Positions 1 through 11,573 of a stretch of DNA of 64,000 nucleotides are shown one piece after another; positions within the stretch are counted from its first letter, which is position 1, and each line of letters starts with the position of its first letter. A model generated the notes under the pieces. The model searched no databases. It was given only the letters and a program-made list of their open reading frames with translations, and was not told the origin of the DNA. The stretch comes from Takakia lepidozioides. Lineage: Eukaryota > Plantae > Bryophyta. The stretch covers positions 76,136,001-76,200,000 of the forward strand of contig CM060731.1 of assembly GCA_030704615.1 (NCBI GenBank), given 5' to 3'. A program made the translations under genes and the position numbers.

Positions 1-1065
1 ATCATCCAATTCCAGGCATCCATCAGAGGCTTCTCCACCTGTCCTGTATAGATGCCCTGTGCTTCCAGAGAACAGATGTGACAACATATCAAAGAGTTCA
101 GTTAACAAGTCCCACAGGAATTACAGGAAGAGACATAGCATGAAGAGCATCCATCTGCCACATAGTTAATAGTGACAATGGCAGCTTACTAACAACAATT
201 TCCACAGAACTATCAATGAAGAACCTTGAACGTATGCCAAGCAATTCGACCCTCAATGTAGCTGGAAAAAGGGTGAAAGATCTCAAGGGTGCATTGAAGA
301 GGATGCACATTCCAGCCCTAAAATAATAGGCAACAAAGTCTGATCGCCATAACTTCCTCAAAAACCCTGGCCTCCTCAATTTTAGGATTGATTAAGCCTC
401 GGGGGCATAGACCCTACTCCCTCTTTGAACATTGCAGAATCTTAGTGGGGTGTGGCCCGCATGTGCGTGCGTATGTGAAAAGAGACGTAGAGAGAGAGAG
501 AGAGAGAGAGAGTGTGTGTGTGCGACAGGGGTACCACCTGCAATGCGACTTGTTCAAGAGTGCTGCGATAGATGTTGCTACCGCTGGTGATAGCACGTCG
601 AGCAACCGCAGGTGTAGCGTCGCGCAACAAAGCCAGCAACACAGGCACCATGGTAGGTACATGTTCCACATGCTGCACACCTATACCTTCTATCATCCTG
701 CAATTAAGAACTTCTCCGGTGAGTCCGCATCGTATGTGCTGTCTCTCCTATTCGAAAACTCCACTGCGGGAGATCCAAAATGCAAAGTACTGCCTGCAAA
801 CACAAACAGAGCAAACAACAGACAGAGGAGGACAGAAAAATACATACTCCGCAAGGTACTTTCGGACAGGGCTGCCAGGCTCCGTCTGAAGCTCCATTAG
901 GTATGGCACAAACTCGGGAAGCAACGATGGGTCTCTGTGCAACACTGTCTCCATCACATTCTTTAAAAGATCTGCCTTGGACGAAGCATCTCCCTGCATT
1001 TTCGCCTCATTCAAGAGCTCCACCGCCTGCTCCCTTGCCCCTCCCATCCTTCCCACCATCGCCAT
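1..1065 (-). CDS. Symplekin-like polyadenylation scaffold protein, first three exons (1065-848, 697-538, 56-<1); gene continues beyond the window start
   Basis: Spliced translation MAMVGRMGGAREQAVELLNEAK...PEFVPYLMELQTEPGSPVRKYLAE|MIEGIG...LLRDATPAVARRAITSGSNIYRSTLEQVALQ|GIYTGQVEKPLMDAWNWM matches the plant symplekin N-terminal HEAT region; GT-AG sites with consistent phase. Confidence 0.88.
489..522. repeat. (AG)n(TG)n compound microsatellite in symplekin intron 2
   Basis: agagag... run followed by tgtgtgtgtg. Confidence 0.95.
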
Positions 1066-1938
1066 CTCCCTCGCTCCTCTCCTCCTCCGCTCTCCCACTC
1101 CCCTTCCAACCCTCGCTACCCTACTACATCGATCACTGGGCCGGGATTCACACTTAATTGTCCCTTGAACCCTTCCTACCACCCTAACCTAACCTAGCCT
1201 TAAATTAAATTTTCATGAACCTAACCCTAACCCTACTTTACAAACAAATTTTTGTGTTCAGGGCCAGTCTCTTTGACTTCGACTAACTTCTTTTTGGCAC
1301 TGTGGACGAGGCTTGAAGGAACATTGAAGATGCATACCAGGCCTACTAGCCCTACATTGGTAGAGTGATATATATCACATTCATCAGTCATGCTTTGGTT
1401 CTCAATAACAGTAACACTGTTCCCTTCTTCAAGCGCCCGTGGTTTGAGTGCCTTAGTGCCCTTTTATGAAAAGATAGGCAAATGCACCCCAATGCGGTAC
1501 CCCAAGTCGTCAAAAAAACAAGTGGCTAAACGCGTAATGGCTTCACCCTCCAATAGAGAATATATAAGAAAATACTAATATGAAATGATATTAACAACTT
1601 GAAAGCTATGTATATAAGTTTGTGATTTGTCCAATATGCCTATCTAACTCCAAATATGCATTGTTGGTTTGGTGTATTTGTCCAAATGTGATACAATTGT
1701 GAACCATAAATTGCAGTTTACATGAATTGAAGTATCATGCTAATCATCATGCCCTTCGACTGACACCTCCCACTGGCCTCAACAATCCCCGAGCTATGAC
1801 AATTTGACCGGACTGAGGTCAGCTGGAAATACATAAAAGTTGCCACTAAAACGAAGCTTCATTTTCATAGATAAATTGTGATGCAGCCTGTAGGCTTGGA
1901 TTCATAAAATGGATATGAAGACAATTCAAGGCTTAGTC

Positions 1939-1983
1939 TGTCGCGCACCACATTTCATAAACTCCCATTCAAGTCATAGTTAG
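1939..1983 (-). mobile_element. Terminal fragment of an LTR related to the chromovirus at 9940-16917
   Basis: tgtcgcgcaccacatttcataaactcccattcaagtcatagtta versus tgtcgcgcacctcacttcggtaaactccccttcaagtcatagtta at 9940; similarity fades afterwards. Confidence 0.6.
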
Positions 1984-2428
1984 AGTCGGGTTCCATAAGC
2001 AGCTGCAAGCGTCCCCCGCTCCCCCCCCCTCCCTGAATCGCCCCCAGGATTAGCGAGGCGCTATTGGTCGGAATAGCATATTCCCTAAAGGGCGCCCCAA
2101 CGGAATCGCCCCTTGCGAAGGGGCACCCCTTCACAAGGGGCAGTCGAGTTTTGTGGCGCCCGTAACTAACACCTTCGTCATTTCCTCGGAGCGCCTTCGT
2201 CGTTTCCTTATAGTGGGGCCCGTAGCCTGTTTCACAAGAGGGAAGAGAAAGAAAGGGAAGAGAAAAAAAAAAATGAAATGATGTTCGTCGAAGGAAGAAA
2301 CCCAAGCGTGAGGGGCGTCGACGTTAGTTGGTGAAGCCAAGGTTTATGTTGCTCGTGAGCAGATATTGGGAAGGTACATTGTGATGTTGTTTCATTCACA
2401 TTCCAAGTGATATGCTAGCCTTGTAGCC

Positions 2429-2856
2429 ATATCACACACTACAATTGATTGAATTGACAAGAAATGGGAGGCAAAAATGCACAGCAAGGTCATGCAGCCA
2501 AATACAAACAAGATGAAACAGGAGGGGCTCAGCTATTTGGACATAACTTTTTCTCACCACTTTGGATTTGAATAAAACTTAACAAAAAATATAGGAAATC
2601 AAGTTAGCTTTCCAAAGACATATCACACACTACAATTGATTGAGTTAATAAGAAATGGGAGGCAAAAATGCACAGCAAGGTCATGCAGCCAAATACAAAC
2701 AAGAGGAAATGGAAGGGGCTCAGCTTTTTGGACATAATTTTTTTTCACCACCTTGGATTTGAATGAAACTTGAACACACAGTTAGGAAATTAAGTTAGTT
2801 TTCCAAACAGATATCACACACTACAATTCATGGAGTTGACAAGAAATGGGAGGCAC
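2429..2856. repeat. Tandem repeat, about 191-bp unit, about 2.2 copies
   Basis: atatcacacactacaatt...aagaaatgggaggca recurs at 2429, 2620 and 2811. Confidence 0.85.
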
Positions 2857-2904
2857 AACATGAATTGGGCTTCACAAGGAAAGCTCTTAAATGAAAAAGG
2901 ATCA

Positions 2905-3933
2905 TGTCACGGACATAACCCAGAGGAACTTACTAGGAATAAATACCGAAAGTTACCAAGTTACCATGTTACCGGAAGTTACCATGATTTACCGTGATTT
3001 ACCATTATCTACCAAGTTATCGGGAGCTTACCAAATTACCGAGAGTAACTTGGGAAACTGCTCAGGAAGCTTCCATCAAGATACCTCATTTGTTTAAGGA
3101 AGCTTCTCCATCAAGAGACCTTTGTTTAATCTTGGAAACTTCTCCAGCAAGAAACCTCCATAAGGGAAGCTTCTTAGTATCCAGTATATATAGGAGGCGA
3201 GACTGGACACTCTTCAGTCTCGCTAACACCAGTTCAAGCTACTCTTGTTTCCAGTTCCCAATACTCTAGCCCAGTTTCCAATATCTGGTACTCCAGTCTA
3301 GTTTCCAGCATTTCAGTATTCAAGTCGTGTTCCAATATTTTGTACTCTTGTTCATTGTTATAAAGATCATCTTTATTCATATTTACTCATCGTGCATACG
3401 GCCACGCCGACCTTGACTTCTTGTCTAGTTTTGTACCTCTAGTCTGATCTCTTGTTTGTGTTCAGTCATGTTCTCGTCCTTGACAGTTTGGCGAGACTGA
3501 AGTTTGTTCTTTAGTTAGTTAAGATGGAAGGTAGATTTGTGGAAATGGTCACCACATTGCAGAGTCTTCAGCTCCAGATGCAAGAACTTTGTGCCTCTAC
3601 TGCCCAACTACAAGCTGAAGTCTCAAGATCTTAGCAACGCTCTCAACAATTGCAACAACAAATTTCAGAGTTGAAGGAGTTGAACAATGGATCTTCAACC
3701 TTTCGAGTCTCTACTACAACAAATCTTACTGCCACGGTTCCTCCAAATCTTCAACAGATTACAAGGGAACCAAAGGACAGCATGCCCGAAAAATTTGATG
3801 GGACGAGATCAAGATTTCGCGGGTTTGTTCAACAAGTATGATTGTTTCTACGACTACATCCACAACGCTACCCTGATGAAGGTATTCAAGTGGGATTCGT
3901 GGGCACCATTCTATCAGGCACTGCCCTATCTTG
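2905..3933 (+). mobile_element. Truncated Ty3/Gypsy (Tf1/Tcn1-like) element: 5' LTR 2905-3485, PBS 3490-3502, decayed gag from about 3524
   Basis: LTR termini TGTCACGGAC...GTCCTTGACA (9/10 inverted match); TATA at about 3185; gag EPKDSMPEKFDGTRSRFRGFVQQV*LFLRLHPQRYPDEGIQVGFVGTILSGTALSW; cut at 3934 by a MULE end. Confidence 0.82.
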
Positions 3934-4730
3934 GGAGGTTTGCTATTTCATGAGCATGAGCGGCATGAGCGGAGTAGTAAGACAATCGGTTTTCATGAGC
4001 AGAAGTACAATTTTCGAAAATAAAAAACAATAAAAACAATAATTTAATGCAATATGTCAGGAAAAACAAATATATTATTCGGCCCCTTGAAGGGAAAATT
4101 GCAGTTTTGACAGTTGTGCTAATGATATTTCGTCTTCCGCTCATGCCAATTCCCAGCGACATGTGCAAATATGGCGCCGAATTTCGCGGTAATAGGTCTC
4201 TCTGGCGAAAAATGGTGCCGGATTCCGCGGCTATAGGTCCCTCATGACAGGTAATTCGGCACCATTTTTCCAGTGCATGTTCGGACTTAGCCAGTTTTCG
4301 GCGCAAAATAGGGAAATTCGGCGCCATTTTTCCAGACACTATACCCGTGCATGTTGGGACTTAGCCAGTTTTCGGCCCAAAAAAAAGAAATTCGGCGCCA
4401 TTTTTCCAGACACGGGACCAGTGCATATTGGGACTTAGCCAGTTTTCGGCCCCAAAAAGAGAAATTCGGCGTCATTTTTCCAGAAATGGCCCCACAACTG
4501 CTTCTGTTGGATCTCAGTTTGAATGGAATATTGTCTCATTCCAGGAGTTTTGGGGTGCATTTCATTACACTGCAAAAAAAAGTCTGATACAGCAAAATGC
4601 AATTGAAAATATCCATATGGAGGATTCCCTTTGCCCCATCATGATTTCTGGAATCCCTAAGGAGGAGTTTGTGCAGCTCGTTCACGCTCAACACCGGTGC
4701 ATGAATAAAGTCATCAATAGTCACGTTCAT
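3934..4730 (-). mobile_element. 3' end of MULE-like DNA transposon (copy A): terminus GGAGGTTTGC, subterminal repeats, last codons of the SWIM-containing transposase
   Basis: Near-identical reverse complement of about 6707-7617; encodes MNVTIDDFIHAPVLSVNELHKLL. Confidence 0.8.
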
Positions 4731-5230
4731 NNNNNNNNNNNNNNNNNNNNNNNNNNNNNNNNNNNNNNNNNNNNNNNNNNNNNNNNNNNNNNNNNNNNNN
4801 NNNNNNNNNNNNNNNNNNNNNNNNNNNNNNNNNNNNNNNNNNNNNNNNNNNNNNNNNNNNNNNNNNNNNNNNNNNNNNNNNNNNNNNNNNNNNNNNNNNN
4901 NNNNNNNNNNNNNNNNNNNNNNNNNNNNNNNNNNNNNNNNNNNNNNNNNNNNNNNNNNNNNNNNNNNNNNNNNNNNNNNNNNNNNNNNNNNNNNNNNNNN
5001 NNNNNNNNNNNNNNNNNNNNNNNNNNNNNNNNNNNNNNNNNNNNNNNNNNNNNNNNNNNNNNNNNNNNNNNNNNNNNNNNNNNNNNNNNNNNNNNNNNNN
5101 NNNNNNNNNNNNNNNNNNNNNNNNNNNNNNNNNNNNNNNNNNNNNNNNNNNNNNNNNNNNNNNNNNNNNNNNNNNNNNNNNNNNNNNNNNNNNNNNNNNN
5201 NNNNNNNNNNNNNNNNNNNNNNNNNNNNNN
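4731..5230. other. Assembly gap (500 N)
   Basis: Run of N. Confidence 1.
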
Positions 5231-7617
5231 GAGGAGCACTGGTCGTTGGTAGCATGGTGGCATTATTGTTTCCTCCAGTTCGGCGACTTATAGCGGGAGG
5301 TGAGTTGCACGAATTCGCGTCTGTTGAATATTATTCTTGGCCATATTTGTAACTTGCTTGTAACCTCAACATGTGCTTGTGTAGGAAATGTGTCTCGACT
5401 CCGACACCGACATGCCCACGACAAACATGGCCGAATCAGTGCACTCTCCTGGCGTGCCTCCTCTGCGGCGACGCATCTGGTGGACATCCTCACTGCCACA
5501 ACGGAGGACATTGTGAGGTCAATTATGCAGCAATGCAGGTACAACGAGTTCTTGAAAGGGAAACAGTGGGGCTTGGCGGACAGGCAGGAAATGCTGATGC
5601 GGACTGCCTCCAGATCGAGAATCCTCGGAAGTGGGCGGCGGCCTTGCGAGAGGGCCTTTGGGACACGCCATTGCTGCGAAGATGCCAACATTTGGAAGGA
5701 GATGTTCATACCCGTCCGGTGAGACGAAGACTTGACGAGGCACCTGGCGGAGAAGAGGATTCATGGCGAGCTGACAAGAATATTCGCACGCTCCCTCTTT
5801 GTCCGGTGATGTTGCCCGAGGAGGTCTCGTCGAGCACCGCAAGTCCTGCACGTTCAAGATCGCCATCTCCTTTGAGCACAGGGCGCGTGCCCCGGCAACA
5901 TAACGAGCCATCTGTAGTAAAGCAGTACAACATTCCCATTGTGGAGACAAGAGTGTCGGAGTCACGTGGAGAATTGCGAGGACATTGCCGGCATTTCGAG
6001 GGAAGTGCTGCGCCATCCGGGTGGATACGAGAGCACGCTGTGGTGAGATGATTCAGAGGAACCCACACGGTGCTGTACCTGCACCTTGTTTCAGCGACAG
6101 ATTTTTGACTCCCACATTTGCTCATGCCACAACGCAGACATTTTGGTTCTGTAGGCACGACATAATGACCTGTGTATTTGGCAAGCCCAAGTACGGGATT
6201 CAGGGAATGCCGGAGCCTCCGGACGTCTGGCTTGTTGCACCGGGTTGCAGCCTCTCTCAGAATGAGGCGGATGCTCTATCTGCAGCAGGATTTTGAATGG
6301 TGCAACGCACAGACATCCCGGCCCACGCATTTCCGGTTCCTCAGACCCAGCCATTGCAGACTGCTCGGTCCAGTAGAGACGGATTGGACAATTCTGCACA
6401 TCCCACAATGCGATTCGGAAGAGTGAAGAGACGACACCCTCCCAACAAGTTGAATGAGACTCGGATTGCCAATGTTCTTGGGATGGCTTGCACTATTCAG
6501 AGCTCCGTGGACGTACCCCCACCCGGCCTTGGGCGTGTGTATCGGATGCAACGGCCGGCTCGGCTGTACACGACGATGTATATACAATTACGATTGGAGT
6601 GGAGCCGACTTGCAATTGTACGGACTTCTCGTTGATGGAAGCAAAGAAGGGTTCAAAGTATTATCCGTACAAGCATCTGTATTACATTTACCTGAAGAGG
6701 TTGAGGATGAACGTGACTATTGATGACTTTATTCATGCACCGGCGTTGAGCGTGAACGAGCTGCACAAACTCCTCCTTAGGGATTCCAGAATCATTGATG
6801 GGGCAAAGGGAATCCTCCATATGGATATTTTCAATTGCATTTTCATGTATCAGATTTTTTTTTGCAGTGTAATGAAATGCACCCCAAAACTCCTGGAATG
6901 AGGCAATATTCCATTCAAACTGAGATCCAACAGAAGCAGTTGTGGGGCCATTTCTGGAAAATGGCGCCGAATTTCTCTTTTTGGGCCGAAAACTGGCTAA
7001 GTCCCAACATGCACTGGTACCTGTGTCTGGGAAAATGGCGCCGAATTTCTTTTTTTTGGGCCGAAAACTGGCTAAGTCCCAATATGCACTGGTACCGTGT
7101 CTGAAAAATGGCGCCGAATTTCTTTTTTTGGGCCGAAAACTAGCTAAGTCCAACATGCACTGGTACAGTGTCTGGAAAAATGGCGCCAAATTTCTCTATT
7201 TTGCACCGAAAACTGGCTAAGTCCGAACATGCACTGGAAAAATGGCGCCGAATTACCTGTCATGAGGGGACCTATAGCCGCGGAATTCGGCACCATTTTT
7301 CGCCAGAGAGACCTATTACCGCGAAATACGTTGCCGTTTTTTTCAAGTTACGGACCCTATTACCGCGAAATTCGGCGCCATATTTGCACATGTCGCTGGG
7401 AATGGCATGAGCGGAAGACGAAATATCATGAGCACAACTGTCAAAACTGCAATTTTCCCTCAAGGGGCCGAATAATATATTTGTTTTTCCTGACACATTG
7501 CATTGAATTATTGTTTTTAATTGTTTTTTATTTTCGAAATTTGTACTTCTGCTCATGAAAACCGATTGTCTTACTACTCCGCTCATGCCGCTCATGCTCA
7601 TGAAATAGCAAACCTCC
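5231..7617 (+). mobile_element. 3' part of MULE-like DNA transposon (copy B): decayed transposase C-terminal half with catalytic-E motif and SWIM zinc finger, then terminal region
   Basis: DMPTTNMAESVH motif after intron 5300-5384; SWIM YTITIGVEPTCNCTDF...YPYKHLYYI; homologous to the transposase at 17695-21175; ends GCAAACCTCC. Confidence 0.8.
6956..7255. repeat. Subterminal array of about 74-bp units (about 4.5 copies) with core AAAATGGCGCCGAATTT; inverted counterpart at about 4250-4490
   Basis: Units start near 6958, 7033, 7105, 7178 and 7239. Confidence 0.9.
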
Positions 7618-9855
7618 TTAGTTCCTCTGGTGTAGAGCGGTAATATTCGGATTTTCCCTTCTCAGCTGCCTCTGCTAGTTCTTGCTGCATTGATTCAAAT
7701 AGTGATTAGCACCAAAAGAACTACCAACATGTATTCGAAAAGTAAACTGAGTACAGACTCAGGCTTACCGCATACATGTACTCCAGAAACGCCTCTCGAG
7801 TAAAAGAATACCAAGTGCCTGCAGCTCTTCCTGTTTCGCACTTCTTGATTATATTGGGGGGGAGTACTGTCCGAAAATCATCCAGCTTCATCAGACCAAT
7901 CCTCTGAATTCGGAATAGTGTGTGGACCAAGCTTGTTGTCACATGCGATTTCTCTGTCGATCTGCAAAAACATTGGAAACATTGCATTCCTTAACACTGT
8001 TTTTTTGGGATTAACAAGACACTACAGAGGGAATGAAGTCTCTAGGATGACTTACTTGTTCACGTCGTGCAGAGCTGTAAGAAGCCTAGCGATGTCGTTT
8101 CCTGGATCCAAAAACCATTGCCTCCACAGCAACATGCTTGTCTTTGTCTTTCGCATGATGTTTTTGAATGTATCCCATCCATGCCAGCAATCGGTGGTTG
8201 CCGTCCCAGACGTAGAACATGTGGTTGCAGAATTGCTGGGTGTTCTTCCCATCATGAGGCCCAGCTCGAACTCCTCATTAGCATCTTTCCAGCACTCATC
8301 CCAGGTATCACTGATCTCTGGAGACACTAATGTGCTTTTCCCATTTATATCAGTCAGTGACACATAAAAAACTTGTGCACCAAGTCTGTATCCATGCACG
8401 AAACACTCTCCAATTTTGTTATGTCATGGGAAAGAGGTGGACGCACAACAGACATAGATATCATCCGGCATAGAGGAATGTCGAGACGCCCTCCAGATAC
8501 GAGCATGTCCCTTATAACCTCATGAGAGTTTACCTTCTGGAATGACATGAGTTCTTTCACCTTGTCAAGGTAGTGCACTTCAGATTCATCTGCTTCATCG
8601 TTATTCTCTGAGCTTTTCCAGACTCGTCCCCATCTCCAGATCCTTTCCCCTCTGATCCTGTAGGCTTGGACCTCACAGTTTCTGCACGATGCCATTCAAA
8701 TCTGACTGAGTAATGTGCAAATAGTGAACGGCGGTAACGACCATCACTCTGTTTTGTCTCAACTCACAATGAATGGTGTGAAACAAATTCAGAACCATCT
8801 ACACAAGCAAAGCTGATCCTGCCGAATTATGATTCTAGGGACACAGGAACAGAAAGGTTTTGAGCAAGAACGAACGGCGTTAACGACAATCACAAAAGAG
8901 TGGGACCTGCCGGATCGGTGTTGTGCAATGACATATATGTGTGAGTGTTTGGCGGCAACGACATTCAGTATAGTTTAGGGTGGACAGTAAGTGCAGATTA
9001 TTCAGATTGACTCCATTGTGATGAACGTCGCAAGCATTCACTGTTTCTTGTCTATGTCGAGAGTACTTTCCAATCGATACTCTACCTGAATCTACAGTAT
9101 GGTCTTCAAATCTTTGATTGGCGGTATCGCCTTTCCACTTCTCTATCTGTTCAACCTCAAACAAAGAAAATGCATTGCAAAACAATATGACTGAATATGC
9201 CGACCCTCACTCTCTCTTCAAACACATAGGTACATAAAATCTCATGAGGAGAATCAAATGGCGTTAACGACGCTCGCAATTTAGTAGACTTCAATCACAT
9301 GTTCCTGCTAAAGAAGGGAAGAGGAAGGACTGCTTGAAAGGCAATCAGACAGACTGTATGATCTGAACAACAGTGAATGACGGTACCGTCAGTCACCCAC
9401 TCATTGTGCGGTAACCCTTAACAGAGGAGTAGAAAGCAAATCACCGTTGTTTCATGGTGATGGTCGGTAGCGACAATCCCTTTCTGGGACATTCCGCTCA
9501 ATCTCTACGTAGATCTTCAACAATGAAATGTAAGTTAGAGAAAACTTACTGGCGCCTTCTTAGGTTTTGAAATTGGATCCCCTTCAGCAGCTTTCCTCTT
9601 CCCTCTCACATCTGCTGGAATTTCTGTCTGCTCTAGGGTTTCTGGACCTTCTCCCGGTTTAGCGTTCCTCGTACTTCCACCTCCTTCAGTTTCCCTGCAA
9701 GTCATCTATGCATCCACAGGCTGGTTTCCAACTCGCACTGTTATCGCCGACTGTGTCACAGCCGTTGCCTCAGTCTCGGTCTGATCTTGTGAATCAGTCT
9801 CCGCGTTCACCTGCTGCCTTGGCCCTGTGTTCTCCAACAAACGACGCCTTGTCAT
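7618..9855 (-). pseudogene. Multi-exon decayed gene with a ParB/Sulfiredoxin-like domain; probable accessory gene of the MULE at 17695-21175; 3' end cut by MULE copy B
   Basis: LDIPLCRMISMSVVRPPLSHDITKLES...GYRLGAQVFYVS...MFYVWDGNHRLLAWM (DGNHR at 8191-8205); first exon 9855-9550 ends at gtaagt; contains frameshifts and stops. Confidence 0.62.
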
Positions 9856-9939
9856 TTGCTCTCTTGCTCTGCGTCTCTATCTAAGGGAAGTAAAATAGAG
9901 AGACTTTCTTCTCTTTCGTATTGCAGAAGGAACCCTCTT

Positions 9940-10665
9940 TGTCGCGCACCTCACTTCGGTAAACTCCCCTTCAAGTCATAGTTACTCGCTTTGATGCGCG
10001 CGCCTGACTCCCAACTTGGCCGCCGGGCTAACTTGGAGCTTCAGCTGCTCACCGGGACATAACGGTCCCCCTTCACTTCCCTCTAAAACCCTCCACCTAA
10101 TTGGGACTAGGAGAATTCCCTTTGGTAGATGGCAGTCCGGAACAGCTCCCCACTCTTTGGTCGCTTTCCGGCTCGCTCGCTTACTCACTAGTTTTTGGTC
10201 ACCAACGGGCTTGCACCGTTCTCGGGGTTACTACTCCCTATATATACTTCTGTAGCTGTCCGCGGGGGTTTCACAACCAGCCATGCCATTTTATGGCGAA
10301 CCACCACGAAGACCCTCGATTCCCGGTGGTGAGTCGCGGTGAGTCTTGGCCCGCTCACCACGGCCCCTATGGACCGTGATGAGTCCCAAGACTCCCCACG
10401 ACTCTCACCACGAGGTCTCCACCCCCATGGTGAGTCCTATGCCACCCCCACTAAGTCCCACTAAGCTACCACCACCCCTTGTGGAGCCACCCCCACCGCA
10501 ACCCGGTGTGCGGGGCTCCACCTAGTGAGCGCCTCCGCCTCCTTGAGTGCCTTGGGCACTCAAGGGTGCTTCAGCCCCCGTACCTATCGCTGCTACTGCC
10601 CCCACCACAGGGGCAGCCCCTCTTGTGTCCCGACCTCCCTGCCCTCAAGGCAAAGGGACGCGACA
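9940..10665 (-). repeat. 3' LTR of the chromovirus
   Basis: Direct repeat of 16192-16917 with about 6 substitutions counted by eye. Confidence 0.95.
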
Positions 10666-11573
10666 CACACCCCTACCAACAGGGAGTCGATGTCCTCATC
10701 GACTTGTCCATTTTGTAGAAACGAACATCCAAGTTGTGGCGTCCCACATCAAGGAGTTTGTTTCCGTACCATGGCGTCCCATGGCAAAGAACCAAACCCC
10801 ACACTTGACTCTACTCTCCACTAGCTAGTTCGGCCGACTTCCTCCAAGTCCCGGCCAAGGGTGGAGCCTCTCCAGCTCCTCCCAGTGCACTCTTCTTGGC
10901 CTACTTCAAGGCCAAGGAACGATCCTCCCCGAGGATCGAATCGCCTTACTGCAACAACATTGCTTGCGATCGCTCATGATGCCGCTTTTGGCATCACCTT
11001 GAGCAAGGGTTCCCTGGAACCCTCTTTGACTAGGAAGATAACCTTGAACCAACCGCGCCCCAATCACTACAATTGGGTCCGCCTTGGAATGCTGGCCTGA
11101 GGTACGGGAACACGCCGAAGCCGCACTACGACTTCGTCCCGAGGCTACACGATTATAGTACGTGAACGGAAGCACGTAGCTTCCGCGTTAGCCCGCACTA
11201 CAAGGCAACCCCCTCGGTAGCGCAGTTATAGTACGCGCACGCGCCAGGTGCGCACTAGCACGTGAACTCCCAAAGAAGGCGCAAGTTTCCTTGCCCCTTG
11301 GATGGAAGTCACCCGATTTCGGCACTGCGCAAACACACGATTAACCCAATTTACCTCTCCCACTTTTGTAAGCTAGCATGCATTCTACACACTAGCCAAC
11401 CATACCATGCATCACCATTCCAAACACAATAGGACGCACAATATTTGGAACCCCTTTCCTTTATAACATTTTTTTTTTTTGTACAATACAAGTTTTTGCA
11501 ATCGGATTCCTGAGCTAGCTAAACCGGGCTAAGCATGCATTTCCTCCCCCACGCTCCAAGGTTGATGTCCCCA

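Noticed and set aside
1180-1236. Telomere-like ACCCTA repeats
   Set aside because: Short and degenerate; at most telo-box-like promoter sequence upstream of symplekin
4428-5263. Long ORFs in the ORF track spanning 4428-5263
   Set aside because: Artefacts of translating the N gap
6956-7255. Regularly spaced repeats resembling a CRISPR array
   Set aside because: Whole units are repeated with no unique spacers; eukaryotic transposon subterminal context; no cas genes
9982-11175. Short ORFs in the LTR and 3' region of the chromovirus as an extra (env-like) gene
   Set aside because: Short, GC-driven, duplicated in both LTRs or lacking any recognisable domain
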